This document shows, piece after piece, positions 27,321 to 40,599 of a stretch of 64,000 nt of DNA. Each line of letters opens with the position of its first letter. Position 1 is the stretch's first letter. Origin of the DNA: Isurus oxyrinchus (taxonomy: Eukaryota); contig JANJGN010000036.1 of NCBI GenBank assembly GCA_026770705.1, positions 2,728,001-2,792,000 on the forward strand, written 5' to 3'. The notes under the pieces were generated by a model that saw only the letters and a program-made list of their open reading frames with translations, did not search any database and was not told the origin of the DNA. The translations under genes were made by a program, and so were the position numbers.

Positions 27321-28868
27321 AATGATTGGATAAGACGAGAGAATCTGTTGCAGCCGTGAATGCTAGTGAAACAAACCTTAACATTTGGAACAGCCGTTCC
27401 GAAGTGACCTCGGGGAGCACCAGAACACAAATAGGGGAGGTGGGGATACCAACTAGAATTTGATATTTACATTCAATCCTAAAGCATTGCGAAGTATTTG
27501 GAGATAGAGACCAACCATGATGTAATTGAATGGGGTGTCAAGGTCCTGGGCCGAATGTCTTAACGCTGCTCCTGATGTTTATATGATGATAATAGTTTCT
27601 ATTTTCCCCCATAGACTCTTTATGCTCGCCTGGAGTTTACTGCAGATCCGACGTCCTAATGGTGAAGAACAGTCACTGGATGAAGGAGGAGATGACGCGT
27701 TGAAGAACATTTCCACCATGGAATTCAATAAGAAGCATTGTCCAGTGGTAATTCCAACATTTACCTCGATCTTGTGCCGTGCTCGTGAGTTTTGACCCTC
27801 AGTGTCATAGGTGTGGAAATGTAATCTAGAAGGTGTCAGCACTTCGCCTAGACGGTGTTTCACTTTTATGTTAATGATGTAACATCCACCTGTCACCAAC
27901 CAGTGACCCCTCAGATGTATTTCCCAATATAGAAACGATTTAGCACTTACTGTGGATTTGTCATTTTTATTGTTCTCATTTTTATTATTATTATTATAAT
28001 TATTATTATTATTATTATCCGTCACGTATATGGCCATCGATGTTATCTTAACATGAACACGGACATATACAGAGATATAACTGCATACCTAAACATTGTA
28101 TAACACTGCAAAATGTGGTTTCCTCAAACAAAGAGAAACGGCAGAGATAACACTGTAGATCAGTGCCTGTCGAAGGAACTGCTCCTTAATACTTAACTGA
28201 GCCTTCTATTATTAGTTCTCAGTGCGGTTTCCAGTTAGATCGATAATGGGGACTGGATTCGAATTAAGGTGATGATTACAGACTCCTGATGACCTCTGTT
28301 AGCAGAGAGACATATCCCTTCCAATCTGAAGCTAAATGCAGAGAAAAATATCAAACAAGCATTGCTGGTTTTAAATCGAAGAATGAGACATAACCTTACT
28401 GAAACTTATAAGATTCTGAGGGATCTTTGACAGGGTAGATGTTGAGAGGTTATTTGCCGTCGTGGGGAATCTGGAACTAGTGTTCATAGCTTCAGAATGA
28501 GGGTTTCCCATTTACGACTGAGACGATGTGATGTTTCTTCTCTCAGATTGAGTTTTGAATTGTCCTGCCCAGAGAGCAGTTGATGCTGGGTCAGGGAACA
28601 TGCTGAAGTCTAAGGTAGACAGATTTTTGATTAGCAAGGTAGCTAAAGATTATGGGAAGCAGATATGAAAGTGAAGCCAAGGCCGCAATCAGTTCAACCA
28701 TATTCTTATTGAATGATGGCACAGGCTCGGGGGCACAAATATTCTATTCCTGCTCCTATTTCTGAGGATAGTTTAATATTTGGACAATTGAAATAAATGT
28801 TCGGAGGGGAATTGTTGACTGGTCTAAGATCAATCTTAAAAGAAACAGGAAAATGTTTCAAAAATCTA

Positions 28869-29917
28869 ACCAAACGACTGGGTGTTAGGTTGAACTGGTT
28901 TTGACATCGTGTTAAATACAGGGAGACTGTTAAGAAATTTACAAAATGGTTCCATTGCGCCCTTGCTTCGTGGGAACTTTTCATTCCGATTCCTGAAACA
29001 AGGAGCTGCAATGGGTATTTAAAATTGACACGCATTAAACAAACGCTCATTAAAATTGCCTTGTTAAATTTTAATATCGATCCCAGCAGCCGGATTAATG
29101 AACCCGTTTCCCAATTAAGATGAAGATGAGAACCCGGATTATCGCGATGCTCATCGCAAAGGGTCAAATTGCTGCATCAAAATCGAGACAAAACATTTAG
29201 AAACTTCTGCTAAAAACAAAAAAACTGCGGATGCTGGAAATCCAAAACAAAAACAGAATTACCTGGAAAAACTCAGCAGGTCTGGCAGCATCGACGGAGA
29301 AGAGCTTCTCCACCGATGCTGCCAGACCTGCTGAGTTTTTCCAGGTAATTCTGTTTTTGTTTTAGAAACTTCTGCTGGCTGACATCATTCTTTTATGGGA
29401 CTCCCTCATGGGAAACTTGAGCCAATTGTTAAGTTAAAGCAGCAAATCCGTGCTGCAAGTTCTCCGCAAGGCTCCACAGGAACCCATGTCAAGGAATCTT
29501 CAGGAGAATTCTGAGCGACGGAAGCTGGGTGAGAAGAGGGAGATACATTCATCTTAATGTGACTAACGTGATAGAATGAAATACTTTCAGAATTGGTTCT
29601 GAAATGAGCAGACAGTGTTGTTCCTCACTGGGTGCCTGAACTGTTTTGCAGAAATTCTTGACCTTGAAAAACAAAGAAGTGAGTCAGTGACCCTTGCAGC
29701 AGAGAGCGGGGCCGGGCAGCAAAGAGGCTGTGACAGCGAGCTTCAGAAAGACGCCTCGATCACAGCCCATTCCGAGAGTGTGAAAAGCACATCGAGGGCG
29801 GAAATCTACACCAAACGACTGGGTGTTAGGTTGAACTGGTTTTGACACCGTGTTAAATACAGGGAGACTGTTAAGAAATTTACAAAATGGTTCCATTGCG
29901 CCCTTGCTTCGTGGGAA
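28869..29917 (+). repeat. 108-bp near-perfect direct repeat (28869-28976 and 29810-29917)
   Basis: accaaacgactgggtgttagg...cttcgtgggaa occurs twice; one mismatch seen. Confidence 0.9.
29212..29360. mobile_element. Palindromic Penelope terminal-repeat insertion with 16-bp target-site duplication
   Basis: TTTAGAAACTTCTGCT at 29196-29211 and 29361-29376, with about 59-bp inverted arms. Confidence 0.8.
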
Positions 29918-30975
29918 TTCTGACCATTTTACACATGAGATGGAAAGTTGTCCGAGCCAGAAGCTCTTAGTGGGTTTCCTGTTATTTTACCTTATGTTAT
30001 GCAAGCTTCACGGACCGAAATGTCTTCAGATTTGAAAGGCTGGATATCAATGTTAAGCTGCAGAGAGAAGGCGGCTTGCTCCAAAGATAGATTCAACCGA
30101 ACAGAGAAGAAGTTGGTTTACAATGAACCTCATTTACAGCGCCCTTATCGACGTGGCATCTGGTCACTGTTTATCTTCAATCCCGGTTTAGAATAAAATT
30201 TACAGGTTCCCAATAGTATTCACAAATGATGCCTTCACTTCACCTGCGGCTCACCGCGAATACAGTGTCTATTACCCATACACAGGGAACAGTGCAACAG
30301 CTCACTCAGGCTTTTAATGTAGTTTTCAATACAATCCACACACAATTCACTCTATATGTTCAAGTCTAGGTATTGAGGAGAATGTATCTAGAATATCAAG
30401 GTGCAATTCAGGTGAGGTTGTTGAAACATATATTACTTTGCATGAGACTTTATTTTTGGGGTACATTTCATGCCGTCCTATTACAGAATGTTTCACGTAG
30501 TTAACAGAGAGCTTGTGAAGTCTGCAGCATCTGATTTTATGTCAAATCCCACTCGTCCATTTAATTGGAGTCGGGCAAAGTCCTCATCCTTCTCCTGATC
30601 TGATAATATAAACGATAAGCTAATGCCCACGATAGAATTTACCTGTCAGACTTTACTGCGAATTTCCTGCTTTTTCCCTTCCAACGTTCTCCTTTAATTT
30701 AGTTTATCTCTACAATGAGGACATTCCGCCCTTCCCTGCCTGTCCCCTTCCTCTCACACCCACCCAACCGTTTTGCTTTCATATATTAGCCAAAGGAATT
30801 GCAGATAAGGCCAATCCCAACACAATGTCATTTTAGAGTAATGTCAAAATATGTTCATTTGTGAGAGACAAATATGGAATCATATTGGGCAGCATATGCC
30901 TTTGTGTGTGCGTGTTTCTATGTGTATGTGTGTGTTTGTGTCTGTGCGTTTGTGCTTTTGTGTGTCTGTGTTTAA

Positions 30976-31146
30976 NNNNNNNNNNNNNNNNNNNNNNNNN
31001 NNNNNNNNNNNNNNNNNNNNNNNNNNNNNNNNNNNNNNNNNNNNNNNNNNNNNNNNNNNNNNNNNNNNNNNNNNNNNNNNNNNNNNNNNNNNNNNNNNNN
31101 NNNNNNNNNNNNNNNNNNNNNNNNNNNNNNNNNNNNNNNNNNNNNN
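30976..31146. other. Assembly gap
   Basis: Run of N within a GT repeat. Confidence 1.
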
Positions 31147-31254
31147 TGGGTGGAGGTTTATGTGTGTGTGTTTATGTGCGTGTGTGTTTGAATGTGATTG
31201 TCCGTACCTCAGTGGGTCGATGTTCACCTCTGTCACAACCCACCTCCCTCACCC

Positions 31255-31690
31255 ACCTAAACACCACACAGAGTCAGAAGTGGAGGGTTCGAGTCATCTT
31301 GCCGGAGATTTGAGCAATAAGTGTAGACTGGCTCATCACTGCGGACCCTAGGGAGCGCTGCACTGACTAAGGTGCTGCTTTCAGATTCTGTGTTAAACCT
31401 TGGCCCTTTCTGCCCATCAGGCGGTGTGAAAGGTGCACCGTCGCTTTTCCGTGAAGAGGTGGGGATTCGGTTGTCTCCCGTGACATGAGCGATATTAAAA
31501 TCTCTCGACCAACATCTAAAAACACATTTTCTAGGTCATAATCTCATTGTTTCTTTCCTGGGATCTTACTCTGCGCAATATAGCTGCCCCGTTACCAATA
31601 TTACAAAGAGTGAGTGCACTACAAGAAGTGTCTGAAAAAATAAATGGGGTTGCTGAAACCTTGAAAAGCGTGATATTAACACAAGCCTTT
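31255..31690 (+). mobile_element. Old SINE (SacSINE/DeuSINE-like)
   Basis: gagggttcgagtc B-box, gggagcgctgcact...ttaaacc, and ggatcttactctgcgcaa. Inverted counterpart at about 46960-47345. Confidence 0.5.
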
Positions 31691-34600
31691 TAATTGTGTC
31701 TGTGTTATTCTATCTGGATACGATTAATTCTGTGGGACCTCTCCAACGGCAGAGATGGCTTAGAGCAAAACATGGTAATGTGATTGGCGAGTTAACATCA
31801 ATGCAATCCAATAAAATTGAGATTCATCACCCCAATTTTCTGATTACACCTTGGTGATTTTTGTATTAAGTTGCTTTCCGAATTCTGCTTCTCTATTCCA
31901 ATGCATTCATTCAGGCAATTCTTGCTACGGCACATTTAGCAAAACATTATAAAACTAAATAGGGAACAATGAAAGCAGAGATAATGATACATTTCAAAAG
32001 GCAGCATATTTGTGGCAGAAAAAATGCAAAGATATGGGGAAGGACTTGGACGAATTGGGTTACTTTTTCAAAGAGTTGGCACAGGCACCATGGCCCGAAT
32101 GGTTTCCTTCTGTGCTGTATCATTCTATGATTCGATCAAGCACTATTACACAGATAACCTGAATTCACCTTTAACTACTTTTGAAAGTGAATACATATGC
32201 CAGTCTCAGGGCAGCCCTCCCTAAACACTTCCTGGAGTTTGCTGCATTGAAAAATAAATTACAATGAAGACGGGATGCAGATAAGAATCTGCACATTTTC
32301 TCTCTGATGAATTATGGAGGAAGCAGGATTTTCCAAATAACCCACAGCCTCGTGGACACAAAACGGAGCCATGGAGACCCCCATAATTCAAGTAAACTAC
32401 TCCCGCCAGAATTTACAAAACACTGTGTCCTTTTGTGAAATATGAAATAAGTTGTTTTCAGGATTGTTGAGTGTATTCCACTGTCTTCGTGTAATTCAAA
32501 TGTGAAAGAAACACTGAACAAATCTTAGGGACATTCTTCAGTTTCTCTGGACCTTTTCTGCTGAACCTGAAATTCCAGTTAATGACAGGATTTCTATTGC
32601 TTTGCAAACGTCGTATGGAAATAAATAAAATAAATTATTTTTCCATTATAACGATTCATCAGAGGTTTGCATCGATCAATAATTAGCTTATAATTCAAAG
32701 TTAAATGGATGAAACTGCAAATCATGTTGAACTGACAATATCCACACTGGATTGAGATGGTTTGGTGCTGGTGTTCTCTGCGCGAGGTGTGATGTGTTTA
32801 ATCATTTACATCATTAGATCACAGCAGGAGATGGGGACTGGCCCTCATGCAAGAACCTTGTGATGGCTCCATTTTACTTTTACACAGTGTGTTCTTCTTT
32901 GAGATTAGTATTAAATACATATGGCAGAGCCTTTGGTTCAGTGCAGTGTGTTTTGGAAGAAGGGGTGATTTTGCAGCTATGTTTCCCCAAGCCGATCACC
33001 ACTGGGGCATTCAATCCTCATGCTTGGAATGTTGTAGACAAATTAATAGGGATTTATTGCCATAGCAACCTATTGTCATCGTACCACTGAACTGCCAGGT
33101 TGGTAGGGTGCAACCTAGATTGATTGTTTTTTTTTCCATTTGCCTGTTTTTATTTCCCTATTTTTCTGATCCCAGGTTTGCAAAATTTTGCAACGAAGTT
33201 TTCTTTCAGAGAGATAGAGGATTACCCCACAGCCGGGCAAACTTCATTGTCGATCAGGGTCATATCAGTCTAAATATTCCCATTGTCTTTACTCTGGAAT
33301 CAAAATATAAAGCCGGATGAGACGGACGAGCAACAAAAACAGCTCCTGCTAAAGTCACTTTCAAGATCCATCTCCCAGAAACTTTCCAATAAACTTGTCG
33401 AGGATTTAACTGAGCTCCTGACTGTGCTGACCTTGTTAATGTGAATTTAGGTTGTATTGTAGTGTTACTTACACCAGATATATGTTTACCAGGACTCGGC
33501 TTAAGAAGGTTAAACTACAAGAAAAGGTGGCTCAGTCTAGGCTTGCATTCCCTCCGTGATGATGTTTCAGGACCTCACGAGCCTCCTCCCACACCCTCTG
33601 CATCCCGCGCCATCAACACATCATTCCATTCATTTTTCTCTCATGTGATTATTCAAGTTCCACTGAAAAGCACGTCTGATTGTCACCTCAACTTATCCCC
33701 TTGGGATCGAGTTCCGCATTACACCCACACCCTGGGTTAACAAGAGTGTCATGAATTCCCCACTGGATGTATTAGTGAATATCTAAAACTGATGGCCTAT
33801 CGTTCTGGTCACCCCCTCAAGTATCCAGTCATTACATAATTTTGAAGACCTTTATCGGGTCACCCCTTCAGTCTTTCCTTTTCTCGAGAAAAGAATGCCA
33901 GCCTGTTCAATCCTATCTGAAATCATGAACTCTCATTCCGGATATCATTCTACTAGAATTGTTCCCAAATTTTAAACCGCACACATCTCTTATATAAAGA
34001 TATCCTGAATTGCAGATTCAATGAGCGCATTTGGACTGAGCGACCAAACAACTTCAAAAGACTAACGCAGTGCTTGGATTTCAAAACCTGCTTTAATGGG
34101 TTGGTAAATTGGACATTGATGCTCTCTTTCATGTTCATACTGAAACAAAGATCCGCAATTAACTTTAAAAAACTCTAACACAACAAAGTAACACATGTAA
34201 AAACTGAGCAGAAAGGTAAAATGTCCTAATGTCCACATTCTTTTGAAATGGAGCCGGTTCTATTAGGCATGCAGTCATTCCAGTAGGTGATACATTGCCT
34301 CATTATTACTGATAAATCTGCGTTCAGAATTTGCGATGACAATGTATTAGGAAGGTTGACACATCCAGGCTTTCCGCCAATGAGGACGAAAAAACAGGAA
34401 ACTTTCCAGAGCACGTCATATCCCGGATGCAGCATATGAGCTGTCAATTTCCATTGCTATCAGAGTGTGGGGTCCGCAAAAACCGCCAGCCGAGCATAAA
34501 GAGTCTGCAACAGAATGCACAGACAGTGATCATGAGAAACAGCATCATCAGGGGGCAGAGAGAGGACATTCAGTCCTTCGAGCCTTTCCCGCTAGACAGT

Positions 34601-35019
34601 TAAATCATTTTGGATCCGCATCTCAATCCTATTTACCCTCGTTGCTACCATAACACTTAATACAACGAAAATCTATCACACTGTGTTTCAGCATTTTCAG
34701 CTGACCCCTCATTTAATTTTGTTTACATATATTGTCAACGTGCTATTGAAAAGGTAAACTCTGTTATCTTAAAGCATGCGCCATGCAAAGTCTCATAAAC
34801 ACATATGACTGTAACCAGAAACCTTCAATCTTGAATTTAAAATCTGCCACCCCTATTTACAGTCGCAAAGAACGATTTCTATTCATAGATACCGCCTTTT
34901 CTTCTGTACGTGCTCTGGAATATTTCAGTTCCTTATCAATGTTCACGTTGCCTGTTAGGAAGAGAATTTTAAAATGAGTGTAACTGTCCACATTTCACAC
35001 TGAACCGGCTAAAAGTGTT

Positions 35020-35154
35020 AAAAACAAAGAAAACTGCGGATGCTGGAAATCCAAAACAAAAACAGAATTACCTGGAAAAACTCAGCAGGTCTGGCAGCAT
35101 CGGCGGAGAAGAAAAGAGTTGACGTTTCGAGTCCTCATGACCCTTCGACAGAAC
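35020..35154 (-). mobile_element. Young Penelope terminal fragment in gene D intron
   Basis: Essentially identical to the reverse complement of 60288-60421. Related copies at about 10935-11165, 25400-25555 and 27010-27150. Confidence 0.8.
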
Positions 35155-36287
35155 ACAGCTCTGCGACAAGTAGATAGATTAAGAGCGCTCCTGAGTTACA
35201 ACATCTCCCTACAATCTCTTCCTGTCTGCTGGTTCTTGCAGATCCTTCTCCCGGCGAGCAAGACTAACGCCAGAAGGAATACCGCCGCCAACAAACTCCT
35301 GGAATGCGAGAAACTGCAGGGGGCAGGTAGCGGTGAATCTGGAGAGCAAATAAAAAAGCATTGTATTTGAAAATAAATCCGGTAACTGAAGCCTTTTGAC
35401 TCTGACAGAACGTTCAAGTAGACTCTAGCACACCGGAGCTAGAGATGGGCAAATAATGTCAGTCTTGTTAATATCATCATCTCCGGGTCATGAAAAAAAA
35501 CGCTGAAACACATTAGAAAAGCAAAGCGAATTTGAAAAGCTGAAATCAGATGGATGGATATGGAGAGTTAAATAGAGTTAGAGGGACAATTATAGAGGTA
35601 GATAGATGGATCGATAGAAGGATAATTGGATAGATAGAAAGGCAGACGGACAGGTAAGCAGAGAGGCAGGTAGGTAGATAGATAGATACACACATATATA
35701 CTCACGTACACAGATAAATGCATACATACATAAATATATGTAAGGACAAAAATATGACAGCACTACACAAGAATGACCAGAGTGGTGTGGGACACAGGAT
35801 GAAGCAATGGGGCCTCCAAGTTTCTGCTGACCCTTCAAAGTCCACATTGCAATTCAGCACTTCCAAACCCCATCAAACTCATCCATCCCCTGCATTCATC
35901 TAACTTTCTATCCATCTTCCCACATCTACTACAAGCTGCACGCTTTATAATTTCCCAATAGCCATCTTGTGAGGCACATGAAGTCCTGTGGAAATCCATT
36001 CACGTAATATCCAACGTATTCTCTTTAAATATCCATTCAGACATTTCTTCAGCATAAAAGCTCTATTCAACTCTTTAAACATAACCACACTTTCACAAAC
36101 CGGTGCGGGCTGACCTTAGCTACCCCATCTACTGAGAAATGCTCACCTATTTCATTTAGAATAATGGATGGTAAAAGTTAGACCGCCAGTCATGTTAGAC
36201 TGAGTTGCTTATAGTTCCCAAACTGACTTCTATGCTCTGCTTTTGATTCAACATTAGGATTAGAAGGTTTTTGCTAGGAATGATGAC

Positions 36288-36435
36288 GATTAGGGTTAAG
36301 GTTCTGCTTAGGTTTGGGTAAGGGTTAGGACTAGCATAAGGGTGAGGATTAAGGCTGGGATTTTGGTTCGGGTTCGGAGCAGGTTTCACGTCAGGGTTAG
36401 GATTAGGGTTAGGATTAGTGTTAGCGCTAGGGTTA
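36288..36435 (+). repeat. Degenerate TTAGGG-like hexamer array
   Basis: tagggttaag...gggttaggattagggttaggattagtgttagcgctagggtta. Confidence 0.6.
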
Positions 36436-36479
36436 TACACTCACTGGAAATGAGTCTAAATCGGATATAGGAGCAGAGT

Positions 36480-37190
36480 GAAATTGGTTACAGACACAAA
36501 CACACATGGCATCAGAAACAGAGTTTAATAAGGCCACAAAAAGCAACACACCCAGCACTGGGAGTAATGCCTAAATAAATTGAAATGAAAAATAGAAAAA
36601 CCTTTGTTGAAGTTATCATTAGATTAGTTGGACAACACTTGTAGTCATGTGAACAACTTTCATCTCAAGAGTATAAAAATAATATAGAGCATTGGAAAGG
36701 GGGTAACAAAAATCCTTTACCTGGATGACATCAACGCTGAGAGGTTATAATTATCAGAAAGCTTGAAAAGACTGGGGTACTTTTCTCTACAAAAGAACAG
36801 ACGAAAGGTTGACCTGATGGAGATCTTTAGGCTTTTGAAGTGGTTTGTGAGGATAGAAGTAGAAACATTTTTTCGACATTGTAGGGTAGAGAACTGGTCT
36901 CTGGGCCATCAATAAATAACAGTCCCTAATATCTCCAATCAGGGATTGAGGAGAAATTTATATACCCAAAGAATAGGGAGAATGTGGAACTCGTTACTAC
37001 AAGGAGTGGTTAAGGTGGATAGCACAGATGCATTTAGGGCAAAGCTGGATAAACACATGAGGTCGGAAGTAAAAGAAGGATATGTTGATTCTGTGATTTA
37101 AAGTGGGAATGGAGAGGGCTTGTGTGGAGCATAAATAGCAGCACGGAGCAGAGGAGCCGAATGGCCTGTCTCTGTCCTGGAAACTCTGTG
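36480..37190 (+). mobile_element. Old CR1 LINE 3' fragment in gene D intron
   Basis: Degenerate similarity to 17.0-17.7 kb, ending in gccgaatggcctgtctctgt. Confidence 0.55.
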
Positions 37191-40100
37191 GAATATCGAT
37201 AAAAACAGAAAGGAATCAGCGGAGAAAGTAGTAAACGGAAAACTGGGGTGTTATTTTATCATTGACATTCTAGAATGTCCTTTTTCCCGCCATACACATT
37301 AATCCCAATGAGACAGATAGATGAATATTTCATAATGCTTTACACTGGGAAAATGAGATGTTTTAGAGAGGGGTTTCATTGGCACATGGGAAGGGGGAAT
37401 ATTTAACGTTCAAAGAGATATTGCCAAAAATAAGCGACATATAAACTAAAGCAGGAAACTATTAATAGCTACCTCTCTCAGACAAGGAACTTTCACTGAG
37501 AAGAGCTTCACTGGAGTTGATTTTAGCGGCTGAAGTAAAGCGAGAGCCACTGCTCCAATTCCCGCCCGAAGAATTATATGGCTCCTGACGGCACAAGTTC
37601 CGTCCGTCTCGATGATCCCAAAGTCGCTCTGCCACTCAGTATCGCTTCCGCAAACATTCCAGCGGACAGCAAACGAATCGGTGTCCACACCCTTCACCAA
37701 ACACACCAAAGGGACGCTTTCCATTGAGGCAATTTCAGCTGGTGGCGGAATTAAGAGGTAGAGTATTGGAGATCCTGGCGGGATGGAGAGATAGGATTCA
37801 ATCGCTATTGGGTATAAGCTGCTGATTAGTTATGGTGCAAAGTGTAAAATAATCGTAATGTTTACCTGTAATGAGCAATTTGGAACTTCCAACCATCAAG
37901 GGCATTCCGCTGAGCTCATTAGCTGAACAGTAATACACACCCGAATTATTGCATGTCCGTAATGACCAGAGAATAGAGAGTGTATGTCTGGTTAACGTCT
38001 CCCGAAAATCTCCTGGTTGGAGAGTTGTATTTTGTCACAGCGTAAACAAGTTGTCGATACTCCTGGTGCTGATATTGATACCACTGGACTGCTCCCCCTG
38101 CCAACCAGCCGGTGTGACAATGCACCTTGTAGGTACTTCCAAACGAGAGACTATGGGCCGCCGGAGTCTGGGATAAAACTGCCTGAGATACAATATCTGA
38201 GAGGGACAAAAATCAACACTAGAGGTTCTGTTGTGGCAGCAAAAGAGAACATGTTTCCCCTTAAGAATTGGCTACAGCAGTAAACTATAAAACAGACCAG
38301 CCCCTCATTCATAGATCCGGTGGACTCAAGTGCTGAAGGTTGTATTTGAAACAATTGCAGGCGCCAAGTTGAAAGAGAAACGGGTTTGCAGCCAGTGAAG
38401 GTTTTTTTCAAGTGCAGCCGCTGTTGTAAAACAGGGAATTCGGAGAATTTGCGCACAGCAAGATTCCAGAGACAGCAATGTGATATTCACCCAGATTGTT
38501 TTTTCTGACGTTGTTTGAGGGATAAAATCTGTCCCGGGGTGGCCAAGGAAAACAACCAGCCCCCGGATCATCAACCGACCCTCCCCCCACCCACCAACCC
38601 CACGTCCACCCAAAGTCGCCCGAAACACCGCCAATCCCCCCCGCATACCCCAACCCCAAACCCACTCCACCCCCCCTCCCCCCCACCACACCCAGCATAT
38701 TTTGTTCGCTGGGGAAATGGAGCGCTTTTCACTCCAAAGGGGCAGACAGGGGATCTCTGTTCACCAGGTAGTCCGATCGTTTGGAGAATGGTGACATGTG
38801 ATCGACTATGATCAGGTGGGATCACGTTTTTCTTCAACATGAAGCTAATATGATAGGATGTAGGTTTGGAATAATTTTACACCTGACTGACTACCTCAGT
38901 GGCCTCAGAATTGCAATAAGACATTTCTGAATGAAGAGTGAAGAAGACACAAACCTGGAAACAGATGCAGCAACGCGCAGGACGTTAACAATCTCATGTT
39001 CGGCACTCCCGGACAGGTTGCTCTGCAATTTACACAATCTCTTCTCTCTGATGTCCCTGTGCTCGGCCTCGGGGTCCGGAAGACATGGAGAAAATGCATA
39101 TTTTGCAGAGATTAGGTGCACCGTTCAACATTAGCATACTGGAAAAATCAGCCCCTGTAACTGTTGGCTGAGAGTTTCCTCTTTACAGGTTCGGAGTCCA
39201 CGCACAGCTCTGCCTGCAAAGGGCAACACGTTACAGCTCGTGTGAAAAGCCTGTGAAAGGTGGGACGCGGCCCAGAGTGGCTCAAACTGTAGGCAAAAGG
39301 CAATGGTGCTGAACCAACAATATTTATGCTTGTGACTTTTGCATGGGCGCAGCGTTAACACCCCCATTTCCGAGCGTTGTGTTTAATTCCTCCACAACAC
39401 ACTAATTTATTCTAGTCTCCACAAAAATAACATGCCAGCTTGAAGAAAGCAGGAATCAGATGTTAATACTTTAGTCACTGTTTCACCCAATACCTGTCTC
39501 CACGCCTGTCGCGTTGTGTCAGAATTACTCCTTCACTCGCACCCAAGCCCCTTGCACCAATTACCCTGGATCTGTAATATAGCCATTCTCTGAGAGGGAT
39601 CCTGTACGGCCAGGAGGGCAGAGTTGCATAGAAAGCTACTGTGAGGTGGAAAGTGAATCTGGGTCGATTTAATTGCTGAAGTGTCCCATATCAAGCTGGA
39701 AACATTCCAGCCCTTGGCCATACAGCAGCCATACACTCACAAAACGTTTAGATATAGTCACCATTGATTGTTGGGGAATCTTGGCCAGAGAGGAGCAAAA
39801 TCCCTTTTAAGCGTGTGGAACAGGATATACGAAACAGAAGAGAATGTACCAAACCAAGCTTTACTGTAGAGAAAGTGTGGGCGCAGCGGTGCTCCGATGG
39901 ATAGACAGGGGTTATGGAATGAAGGTGGCTAGACAGAGTTAAAGTATCGATCAATAGCCTGATTTAATTGCAGAACAAACTCAATTGAGAGGATGTATGG
40001 CCTCCTCCTGCTGCATTGTTCCAGTAGGATTTGGAGGTCAAGCTAGTAAAAGACAAATTGAGTACTGATATCAGAAGGTCTATGACAATTAGACGGATTA

Positions 40101-40599
40101 ACATTGGGAAATGTTCTCTGGGTAGGGCGAATGGTGTGGCGAGTTGGGGGTTGGGTATTGGCGTGGATGGTGAATGCCACTGAAATTATTTAGGAAACAG
40201 GTGTTATTCTGATGTTTGAGGGAGGCATAACGTTTCTGGATGGATGAACAGTGTATAGTGAACGATCTTTTCCATCTGCATCTTGTAAAAAGGCTCTCTA
40301 AATTATCTTTACAATATCTGTGCAAAATCTAATTTCACAGCAGAATAAACGATGATAATTTGAGAATATTTCTAACCACTAGAACAGGACTGACAAAAGA
40401 TTGTCAGATCCAATTATTCAGTCATCTTAACAACAACGGCATCCAGTTTTTTAAAGTTTTGAAATAAATTCTCAGGGAAACAAAATCTAAATTTTTAGTC
40501 ATGCATTTTACTGATCTTCTGATGTGAGGAGTAAATTGTGTTAACGTTCCCAAATTATTAACATCACCAGCAATCCGCTTTCAGGTGTAAGTGTTTTGC

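Larger units (their letters stand above)
23228..27659 (+). pseudogene. Gene B: near-intact type I VJ-C1-TM receptor (probable pseudogene)
   Basis: V 23228-23566 is open (339 nt) but has B-strand Cys>Tyr. C1 24031-24332 is 302 nt versus 303 (1-nt deletion near 24067). TM 26223-26336 encodes PRISTCLLLFYRSSLVIFLLLLTLTVVAGWSYIKRHS. Cyt1 is 26472-26530 and the terminal exon 27615-27659 encodes TLYARLEFTADPTS*. A possible ATG-less leader ends at 22771. Confidence 0.85.
29652..32800 (+). pseudogene. Relic H: inverted paralog of the 3' part of type II gene F
   Basis: Exon-like 30370-30411 (..YQGAIQ|gtgagg, compare CQDAIT|gtgagt). Intron 30.5 kb aligns to the reverse complement of 47.95-48.06 kb. A GT repeat, gap and SINE follow, then a terminal exon from 32204 (Tyr codon to TAA) and a 3' region with AATAAA near 32625. 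Possible 27-nt exon at 29652-29678. Confidence 0.55.
34460..38997 (-). pseudogene. Gene D: complete type I VJ-C1-TM receptor pseudogene
   Basis: Leader 38955-38997. V 37866-38196 has a deletion giving DMQ*. C1 37473-37774 has a 1-nt deletion and lost the second Cys. TM 35222-35338 has donor GT>GA. Cyt1 is 34893-34951 and the terminal exon 34460-34504 encodes TLYARLAVFADPTL*. Confidence 0.88.

Noticed and set aside
30851-31351. ORFs spanning N runs (also 47264-47785)
   Set aside because: Artefacts of assembly gaps.
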